The notes under the pieces were generated by a model. That model saw only the letters and a program-made list of their open reading frames with translations. It was not told the origin of the DNA and searched no databases. From Zygnema circumcarinatum SAG 698-1b (Eukaryota; Plantae; Zygnematophyceae): a stretch of DNA of 64,000 bases. The DNA lies in assembly GCA_037447605.1 (NCBI GenBank), contig CM074806.1:3100001-3164000 (forward strand). Direction: 5' to 3'. A program made the translations under genes and the position numbers. Of this stretch, positions 37,624 through 47,600 are shown one piece after another. Every line of letters begins with the position of its first letter. Within the stretch, counting starts at the first letter, position 1.

Positions 37624-40600
37624 ATGCAGGCATGGAGACTGTGGGCATCGAAAGGATCGTTTTTAGGATTTGCTTGTAAGATTCTAGCTCGACAATGCAT
37701 GCAAGGATGTTGTGAGACATCTCAAAGAGTTTCGTTTGCTTTTCTTGCACAGGGAGGAGACATTGAACAGCAGTCCAATGTGGCCGCTGGTGCGTTCTTC
37801 CCTATTACACAAAGTCCTCTTTGAACCAAGCACGACACTTTTGTATCAAAGCTTGTTTATTCCTTTTTCCAATTGAGCTGGAGGGAAGAAAATCAACTTT
37901 TTGGTGCGTGAACTTCGATGCAGAAATTCTCATATCTGACTGGTTTTGCCCCTAGCAGAGTCTGGAACCGCATTCAAGCCCTTCTCTATATCAACACATG
38001 ACCTTGCCAAGCTGAGTGAAGATGGCCATGAAACAGTTCTCCAAGTTCTTGGAGGAGTGAGTTTGCCGCTAAGCTCCCTCCCCNNNNNNNNNNCTCCCCC
38101 TCCCCCTCCCATCCTCTGACATGGCTCCGTGCTTCTGCAGCCACCTGCGTTGGAGCGGCTGCTGGAGACAAGTCTCAAGGGCGGCGTGGAGGGCTCCCCC
38201 GCCGACCTCGCGCGGCGGCGCGCGGCCTTCGGCGCTAACGTCCACCCGCAGAAGGCCCCGCACACGCTCGCGGTGCGGACCGTGCCGGGGCTCAAGGGCG
38301 GCAGGGGGACGGGCAGGGACTTGGAGGGGGTGAACTGTCAGAGCATTGTGGCTGATTCGGTAGCCTGGGTTGGGCCCTTTCCCTGTGCAGCATTTCGTGT
38401 GGGAGGCTATGCAGGACTCCCTCGTGCAAGTGTTGTTCATCTGCGCAATTGTCTCCATTGCTGTCAGCATCCCTGCGAACGTAAGCTTTTGTTGCCTCCA
38501 CTTGTTCTTATGATCTGGTATTTCTTTTGTCGTTTTCAGCACCGAGACATATGCCAATCTGAACTCTTACCTTCCTAGTTCCGCCTTTTAGTTACCGTTA
38601 ATCTCAAAATAACTGGCTTGAATTTTTGATTTTGTCACAAAGTGGCATTTATGGCTGTGGTTAGTTAATTTGTGTTCCCGAATGCTTCGCTTAGGAAGTT
38701 TATTTAGGCGCATGCAAAGATGAAAGTGAGAGAGAAGTGTCAACTGAATTGTTCACAATCTGAATGCACTCTCTTTTTAGCAAGAACAGAAAGATTATGG
38801 TACTGACTTAGAAGGTGGGCGTGCTCATTTCTTCAATTAAAAAAACAAATGAATACCCTCATGACTTTAAGGGTAAAGCTGGGACGTTTTCTNNNNNNNN
38901 NNNNNNNNNNNNNNNNNNNNNNNNNNNNNNNNNNNNNNNNNNNNNNNNNNNNNNNNNNNNNNNNNNNNNNNNNNNNNNNNNNNNNNNNNNNNTTACTATT
39001 CAGCCGACCTTCTCGTTGCTGACATGAAAATCATCTGACTATATGTTGTCTGAACGCCTGCAGATCCTTCACGAGGCTGTTGCACAGAACAGCAGCGGGA
39101 GCGTATATCAGCCGAAGGTTGGTACTTCCGACCGCTATTTGCAAAACTGCAACTGAAAAACGTTGCGATCGAATTTGTTTCGGTACATTAACGCGCAGTC
39201 TGATTCTGTATACGAGTTGTATATTAACGTTAGCATGCTCAATGACTTGTAGTGTGACGTTTTTTTTGTTTTTTTTTTTTCCTCCAATGACTGCTGGCGC
39301 ATATCTTGCAGGGCGGGCGACACGAAGTGAGTGGCAGTCCGACCGAAAGAGCAATTCTGGATTGGGGTGTTAAGGTAGCCTTCTTATTCTCCCCTTTCTT
39401 CTCCCATGTTCCTCTCCCCCGAATTGATCAAAACTCAGCAACCCACATGCTTCTGCCCCCTCCGAGTTCATTAACTCTTTTAATATTGTTGTTTCCTTTT
39501 TTTTTCCCAGACGGGCATGATGTTTGAGGAGGTTCGAGCGCTATCCAGCATTGTGGAGGTGGCCCCATTCAGCTCCGAAAAGAAGGTCATGGGGGTGCTT
39601 CTGAGAGGCGAGAATGGGGTCCATAGATGCCACTGGAAGGGAGCTGCAGAAGTTGTGCTCGAGAATTGCCAATACTGGCTCGATGCTGAAGGAAACTCCG
39701 TGCCAATTGCCCATAAGGTATGTTTGGGCAAGAAAAGCCATCATGTCAAAATGGTTTCTTTTACTGCTGGAGACAATGTAGAGAATTGATAATGAGATCG
39801 ATTTAGTCTCGAACATGCGAAGATACGAATTGTCATCACTGCTCGTCATTTTTACTACTTCTGTTTGATCTCACTCGGAGGTTGTTTGGGGGCACAGAAA
39901 GCAGAACTTTTGGGAGTTATTACCAACATGGCCCACCAGGCCCTCCGTACTATCTGCTTAGCCTATTGGGAACAGCCACCTGGCGTTGAATTGACCCAAC
40001 AAAATGATCAGTTTGTTCTCCCTGAAACCGGTTTGACTCTTTTGGCGATTGTGGGAATTAAGGTAACACACTGAAATCAGGAAATTCGAAAAGAAAAAAA
40101 TATGCACAAGTTTAAATTCATGATGGGTTATTGGTGTTTTACCCCGTGTCCCTTTGCGCTCTTCTTGTATTTGTCCCAGTTTATTTCTTGCAAGGAGATC
40201 ATTTCATAATGGCGTTGCTTGGGCTCAAAAACGAGAGTGTGTTCCTCAATACTGTGCATTTCCATATTTGATGTATGCAGGATCCATGCAGACCTGAAGT
40301 TCCGGAGTCTGTTCGCATCTGTCAAAACGCAGGAATTTTTGTAAGCTTTCCAAACTTCTTGACCTCTTTAAGGCCCATGATCTGCAGCGCCTCTGATCCA
40401 TGCCTCGCCTGCGGAAGAACGTCAGTTCTGGCAGATTTCCATAGTATTTTTTTCATTTTTTTGCATCCCCCACTTGCCTCCTTCTCCTCGTCTGGCGCTT
40501 CCCCTCTCCCTCTTACCTCAGCTTGCGCATTCCCTTGGCCTCTCCCTCCCTCTCCATCCACTCCCTCCCTCCCACTCCTACTCCCTCCTCTTGCTCCACT

Positions 40601-43278
40601 CCTTCCCCCTCCCCATCTTCCCCATTCTCCCCTTTCCCTTCCCCTCCGCAACTTCCCTCGTCTCCCCTCCCCTCCCCATCCCCTGCTTTCCCTTTCTTCC
40701 TCCCCCTCCCTATCCCCTTCCCCTTCGTCCCTCGCCCTCCCCACCTTCCTCCCCCTCCCCTTCACTTCCGCTTTCTCCCTCCCCTTTACCTCCCCTCCTC
40801 CAGATCTCCCTCATATCTCCCTTCGCCTTCCTCCCCCCTTCTCTCTACACCTCCCCCTCTCCTTCCCCACTAATTTTTGTATACAGGATTCGCTATTACT
40901 TTCCCTTTCCTTCTCCCTCCAGTCCCTCTCCCTCCCCCTCCCCGTCCCCATCTTCCCCCTTCCCCCTCCACCTCCCCCACTCTCTTCCGCTCCCCCTTCT
41001 CCCTCCACCTCCCCCACTCCCTTCCGCTCCCCCTTCTCCCTCCACCTCCCCCTCTCTCTTCCGCTCCCCCTTCTCCCTCCACCTCCCCCACTCTCTTCCG
41101 CTCCCCCTTCTACCTCCACCTCCCCCACTCTCTTCCGCTCCCCCTTCTCCCTCCCCCTCCCCCTCCCCCTCCCCCTTCCCCTTCCCCTTCCCCTTCCCCT
41201 CCTCCTCCTCCTCTCTCCCTCCACGAGCTGACTCCATACGACGGGGCGCAGGTGCGCATGGTGACCGGCGACTCCCTGGAGACTGCCAAGGCCATCGCCC
41301 GCGAGTGCGGCATCCTGACCGCAGAGGGCACCGCCCTGGAGGGCGCGGCCCTGCGCGGCCTCTCCGCGGAGGCCCTCCGCGCCCTCCTCCCCCGCCTGCA
41401 GGTCGTGGCGAGGGCGGCCCCCGGGGACAAGCTGCGCCTCGTGCAGGCACTCAAGGAGGAGGGGGAGGTAGTGGCGGTCACAGGTGAGGGAGGGAGGGAG
41501 GGAGGGAGGCCGGGGACCCTCTCTCTCACTTCATGTGGGCGGGAGCAGGAGCCGACAGCTGTTTAGTCATGATGTAACCATGTATGACTTATAGGGAAAA
41601 GTGCTAACGTGGGTTCTCATGATTCGCAGGTGATGGCAGCAACGATGGGCCAGCGCTGCGTGAGGTTGGGCACTCTCTCTGCTCACTGCGGGATGGGGGG
41701 GAGGGGGGGGGGGAGGGGGATGGGGTCGCTTTGAAGTCAAACATGGCGTGCATGTGAGAAGGAAGGGTGGTTTTTTTTTTTCACTGGGTGATTCATGAGT
41801 TTTTGAAAAACTGATTATGTTCGTCTTTCGTGGAGTTTTGCAGGCGGACATTGGTCTTGCCATGGGGATATGCGGCACGGAAGTCGCAAAGGAGAGCGCG
41901 GATATTGTGATTCTTGATGACAACTTTGCGTCCATTGTGAAGACAGTCAGCTGGGGCCGCAGCGTGTATAAAAACATTCAGCGGTTTTTGCAGTTTCAGA
42001 TTACCACTACCGTGGTCGCAATAGGACTTAACTTCGTCGCCGCGCTCATCACAGGGGACGCCCCCTTACGAGCTGTCCAGGTAATGAATCCTGTACTCTC
42101 GAAAAGAGTACAAATTTGTAATCTTCCTTTTGCCCGTGAACGAAAAACTGAACGGTTGTCGCTTTTTTGTCCCCGTCACATTCGCCCAAACTAATTGATT
42201 TTACTTCTTCCCATTCGTTGCAGATGCTATGGGTTGATTTGATTCAAGATACTTTTGGAGCCCTCGCACTTGCGAGCGAGCCCCCGAGCAAAAATCTCAT
42301 AAAACAGGCCCCTGTTGACCGGAAAGAATCTCTTGTTACCTTAGTGATGTGGCGAAACATTCTCAGCCAGTCCCTCTACCAGCTGGTCATCATGTTGTGT
42401 TTGTGGTTCAAAGGCAAGGAATGGCTCGGCCTTCCCGGCGCTCCGGGAGTTCCGGAAGTTTCCACTTTATCAGGAGCAGAGTTAAATCCCGGAGATGGGG
42501 AGCTTGTCACCATAATTTTCAGCATCTTCGTGTTTTGCCAGGTGAGTGGGCATCAATATTAGAAGAACAATAGTTCAAATTTGTGTGGCCAAGCTTTACT
42601 GCATTCACGTAAGCGGAGAGCAGAGAATGATTCTTCAGCTTATTGCCAAAGGAGCTGGCGAGATAGAATTTGTTGTAGAGCGGAGTCAGGCAAATTTCTG
42701 CGGAGAGAAAGTAAAGATTCACTGGTAACAATGTGTGTGCAGGTCTTTAATGAGATCAACTCACGAAAGTTGGAGGAGTGGAACGTATTCGAAGGAATCT
42801 CAAAGAACCCTATCTTCCTTCTCATTCTATTCATTGAAGTTGTTTGCCAGGTGCAGTCCTATGCTTCTTTCAGAACGCTCGTCTAGTTTATTGATAACTT
42901 TAAAACGAATTGCTCATTGGCTTGGTTCCATTTCCATAAGCTGTTTTCAATTGCTCTTCCTCTTCAGTATTTTTTCTTTCTTTTCCCTTTCAGATTGAAG
43001 CAAGCGGGTGACTAAACTGGCGTGCTGACTCTCTGTTTTTTCTGGAGGCGATTGTGTTACAGTTGATAATTGTGGAGTTTTTAGGCGATTTTTTCGGAAC
43101 CGTACATATATCTCCTGGTTACTGGCTTTTCTGCATCCTTATAGGGGCAGGGGGAATTCCCTTCGGGTTCCTTATGAAGCTTATACCGCTTCCCCCTTGG
43201 GGGACGAAGGCGCTTCCAAGCAGGATGAAGAAGGGAATTCTTGAACTCCAGGGAAAATTCCAGCGGATTGAACTATGA
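37624..43278 (+). CDS. ACA: P-type IIB (ACA/PMCA-like) Ca2+-ATPase, partially in an assembly gap; start uncertain
   Basis: Exons include 37959-38056, 38141-38272, 38391-38480 (TM1), then the gap, then 39064-39117, about 39312-39374, 39511-39717, 39898-40062, 40280-40339, 41251-41483, 41630-41663, 41844-42080, 42224-42541, 42743-42850 and about 43062-43278. Motifs GSPTERAIL, HWKGAAE, IKDPCRP, VRMVTGD, VAVTGDGSNDGPAL, ADIGLAMG..GTEVAKES.DIVILDDNF and FNEINSRK. TGES, PEGL and DKTGT are not visible and should lie in the N-gap. Confidence 0.88.
38084..38093. other. Assembly gap (10 N)
   Basis: N run inside a C-rich intron. Confidence 0.99.
38893..38992. other. Assembly gap (100 N placeholder)
   Basis: N run. 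About 290 codons of the ACA are missing across it, so the true gap is much larger than 100 bp. Confidence 0.97.
40480..41222. repeat. About 740-bp polypyrimidine/polypurine intronic tract including about 5 copies of a 37-bp unit
   Basis: Almost purely C/T on the + strand, with a short AT-rich break near 40870-40900. The unit CTCCACCTCCCCCACTCTCTTCCGCTCCCCCTTCTCC is tandem at about 40965-41150. Confidence 0.85.
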
Positions 43279-43635
43279 GCACTGTCCTTGGATTCAACCA
43301 TTGAACTCTGGCGCTGAAATTTGGAAAGGCAGGCAAGTGTAGTCCTTAGAATCATGAAATAGAGTTAACAACTCGAATTGAACTTTTTTTTGTGTCATAG
43401 AGTGCACCATGTACAGAGATGGCAGATCATGTATGGAAAGGCTTGAGGTTCGTTCTAGGTCTTCAGATGTATATTTATCAGCTGGAGTATGCAGGAAAGC
43501 CAAGGTTAAATGTCCTTTGATTTCATAGTGCGGAGGATTGATTTTTATTCTTAGGTAGGCCTGCTGCAGACTTCGTTAGGATCACAGCTTCAGCAAATTA
43601 GATGTTGCATTTTCGGCGGGCACACCGAATCGTAC

Positions 43636-43965
43636 CGTGATTAGAATAGCTGAGGAAATTATGAGGAAGGCATTCAGAGCTCCAACTAGGCTCATTAGAT
43701 AAAGAAGCCATGCAAAAAGCCGCAGTTTCCTGCTTGGCACTGATTTATGTTCCTGAATAATGGGATACAAGACGGGCGTCTGCTCCAAGCGAAAGTGGGC
43801 AGTTTGTGCAAACTTGTCACTTTCTTGTCCTGTTGATCAATCTACTTCCCTTTTCTTGACCATGCAGTTGCAAAGGTTTATATATCTGTCACTGCAAGCA
43901 TCGTCATTTCCAGTCCTGTGCCCTGCAAGTCTGTCATCGGCGTCCGCGTCTTCGGGATCGTGAAT
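43636..43965 (-). pseudogene. Orphan reading frame with one in-frame TGA and a hydrophobic (TM-like) end
   Basis: Frame reads HDPEDADADD...VKKREVD*STGQES...RKLRLFAWLLYLMSLVGALNAFLIISSAILIT then a GT donor (ACG|GTACGA). The TGA is at 43837-43839. The upstream side abuts a CCAATGG element. Confidence 0.3.
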
Positions 43966-43983
43966 TATACATAACGGCAGAGA

Positions 43984-44410
43984 CAGGCCGGATCGTTGGA
44001 AACCATTTGCTTGTCAAACGGGTCGGATAACCAACGCGCTGCAACAATTTAGTTGCCAATTGTTTGAAAATTGGAACCATTGGCAGTACAGTAATTGGCA
44101 GCCCTGGCGAACCAAAGAAAGGACAAAGACGACAGCCGGGTTTGATCTCAAGCAACCAAACGTGCTATGTCGGCCGACCTAACCAACTTCTCCTATCAAC
44201 CTTACTACTAGAATAACATTACTTCATGATCGTATGCCAATTCTTTGCCAACCATTAGCAATCCGAATCATTGGGCAGTGGTTCGCAGCTATTGGCAGCC
44301 AATGGTTGCAACCATTGCCAATGGTGTCCCCTGACCAACGGTGGGAAGCATTGGTTGCCATTGGCTGTAAACTATTCCAACGGTTGAACCATCAGGGTTG
44401 GACCTCTGCA
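43984..44410. repeat. CCAATGG/CCATTGG-rich repeat family member
   Basis: Starts CAGGCCGGATCGTTGGA, like the 19066 element. Contains multiple CCAATGGTTGCAACCATTG hairpins. Confidence 0.5.
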
Positions 44411-44614
44411 GTAATTGCTATGTTCCTGTGAAACAAAGTTTCCTGCATCGTGCACCTGGAAAAAACATTTTTACAAGAAATGACAACTGGTAAAGAAAGC
44501 GTCTATTTCACATGCTATGCTGTGCCCATGGTCCTACTGCTCAAGTCACCTCACCGCCAACTGTACAGCGACTCCGGGAGGTTCTCCAAAGATAAGAAGG
44601 AGAGCATTTGTGCC

Positions 44615-47600
44615 CTATCTTCTTGACACAACGACTCCATAGTAGAAAGGTTTCCCTTCGTGCTTCTTCAGAAGGGCATGCTTTATCAGTTCACCCATTC
44701 GTCCCTGTTTGAAGGCCAGATAAGCATGTGCGCAGCTTATGCCCAGTCGGGTGCGCATGCGGGTCCGATACCAGAGCTGAATGGTGGTGGCAGCATGAGT
44801 TCGACGATGATGCGAGCATTGGCTGGTCATGCACCATCCATTCATCCACATGTCAAGACATGGCTCGTGATAAGCATTATCTCCCACAGTTGAAGCGAAC
44901 AGCAAATCTGAGACCTATGGAGCACAAAAAAAGATACTATAGATGCAGAGATCGCCGCTGGTAACATCGGGAGAATCAAAGAATAAGAGAAGCAGAGAAG
45001 GAGACGGGTGAGGGGCCTACTTGAGGGCGTGCTGTACACGGGGACTGTTGAGAAGAGAACTGAATTGCTTGCAGACGAACTCCAAATCTTCCGCTTCAAG
45101 AGTGAAAAATTCGACGGGACCTTTGCAGACAATTGTCCTCTCCGACTTAGGGAACACCTCACTGTGGTCGGCTTTCTCCACTACGGCCGCAGCTTGGCCT
45201 TCACTAGTACGTTTTTTTGCTGCCTCCACTGCTCAACCAGATGCAGAAAACCCTTTCATTTTCATCACATGAGACACACTGTCACGTTTCTAACCGTATG
45301 GCCGCTGCGATACACTCAGATACTACAACATTGAAATGTTCTATTGGGAGTGCAAGAGCGACTAAGAAAGGGGTTGTAGAAGTGAGAGATGAATGGACAA
45401 AGTAAATACTTATTACGAGTCAGAAACACTTCAATGCTGTAGAAGGCGAAGAAAGAAAGACACGTTAGGCACAACAGAGTTGAGAAATGTATAGAGCCTC
45501 AAGGAATCTAGCATCGACAGTAGAGGGCACAAGTATTGGCACTGGGGGCCTAACTGAAACGGACCTGTTTTGTAAAGTCGCCGTCGCAGTTTTGCTTTCG
45601 ATTTCTCGTCTGATTTCTCCAAATAAGCAATGAGAAGCTCCTCTCCAAAAAAGTCACCATTCTTCAAACGCACTGTATGCCTAATGCCGGCCCGGCCGCC
45701 GCCGGGGCTCGTGTCTTCAAGCTCGCCCTTCAAGACGAAGAACATCCGTGAAACCGGACTTCCCTTGCGAATTACAACCGTTCCATTGATGTAAATTCGT
45801 TGCCTCAGCCTCTCAATAATGGCGTCTTGAACTGCTTCATCCATGGCTGAAAATAGTTGGGACTGCAGTAGCAGTGAAAACACGCCACAGATGTTAAAGG
45901 TTGGCGTTGAAAGGCTGTGAGATCATCGGTTAGACGAAAAGCCGGAACACAACAGAAAACAGAAGGCATAAAGTACACTCTTTATTGATGCTAACTCACC
46001 TTCCTTATGAGGTCTAGACATAGGTGTCTCCGAACTTCTCTCTGCAGGTCTTCAGTGAGCGAGCCGAGCATCTCCGACTCATCTACTCCTTGATTTGCGG
46101 CCCACATGAGACGTTCAAGTTCTTTAACTCGCCTGGCATAAACGATCAAGGGATGATAAAAATCACACATCCTTCAGGCACAAAAATGCCCCTTACTGTA
46201 TTCCATTCAGCTCCTATTCATGGGAACATCCTTCGCGATTCTTTAAAATGCTTAATTGCACTGAACGCGACGAATGACTCACTGAGTTAAGTCGTGTGGC
46301 AGGTTACGCCGAGCCATCCAAATAGCCATGTCACGTTGATGCAGCTGATACTCGAACGTCCTGTGAATACAACCATCTCAGGATGAGAACGACCATAAAC
46401 CCCTAACAAGGAACTGAAGAAAAACAGAACCATTAAACTCTCCAGTCTCTACAGTCAAGTGCATGCTGCTGCCAAGTCCATAACACTCTCAGATGGGCTG
46501 GAAGCAGATAAGTGTAGCAGTGTACCTGCGAGTAAGGGACTGCAAAAAATTCTGGATGTTTCCAATAAGCACAGCAAATAAGAAGAGACCGGAACCTGTG
46601 ACACAAAACACAAAAAACACTTCTCCGAGTTCCTCGCTGGGGGGGGACCCTCCGCCGAGAGTGCTGATAGCCTGCAGACATCCTCAAAATAGCACAGAAT
46701 GAGAGTCAAAGATTTTAAAAGACTGGAAAGGGTAGTGAAGTTCGCAGGTTTTACGACTCACCGTAAAGCCCCACTGCAGAGAGTAGAAGTACTTGTTGAA
46801 GAATCGTTTTTGAAACATCAATGGTATCGCGAGATTGAAGACTCCGTAGTTGTAGTACTCGGGTTCGTGCTTGAAAGACCACACACAATTCTCAGCGATT
46901 GCAGTTTTCGAGGACCATAGAACGCGTTCAGCGTAATCGGACGCGCGAGTGTGAATGCCCGCACTGCAATGCATGAAAGCTGGCGAGCAGCCCAGAGCTT
47001 CTGCCTCATCCAAGCATGTGTTGACCGCACATTCATAGAAACGCTGCACAGAAGACCCAAACCAGTGTGTTTTGAACGATAGAAATAGAGCGAGAATGGG
47101 TGGAAATTATGATAAATGGATAGAAATTGCATGCTCTTTGTGCACATAGGGGCTCACCCTCACAGCCGTCAAGTACCAAATGGCGCCCACTACATGTGAT
47201 GCCATCACATACATGACAAGGTTGAGGATAAAACTGGCCCAAGCTGACTCAAAAATCATGCCGGTATCCTGGTTTCCGGCAACAATAGGATAGCAGCGGG
47301 ATATTCGCGGAATGTATTGTAGAAGTACGGCAGATCGCAACAAGCTTGTTACATATGTCGCATTCACACCGCCGGGAAGGAGCAGGGAGAACACAAGGAG
47401 CTGCAGAGCCACTCCATCTCAATACATCAGTTCACTTTGTGGTAGTCTGTGCTTGGAAAATCAGCGCTCTATTGGTAAATGTTGTTCTATTAAATTGTTT
47501 TTCACTTCAAGACAGTGCTCTTTCCAAGTGCCAACAGAATATGGCAGACCTCGAAAACTCGCAGTTTGATCCATACAAAGTTCAAACTTCAAGGGATCCG

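Noticed and set aside
40275-41566. Long Pro/Ser- or Gly/Arg/Glu-rich ORFs (318, 337 and 229 aa) as extensins
   Set aside because: They are artefacts of the C/T-only intron tract; only the embedded ACA exons are coding.
43837-43839. In-frame TGA as selenocysteine
   Set aside because: No selenoprotein-like context and no SECIS recognised; a nonsense mutation or intronic position is simpler.
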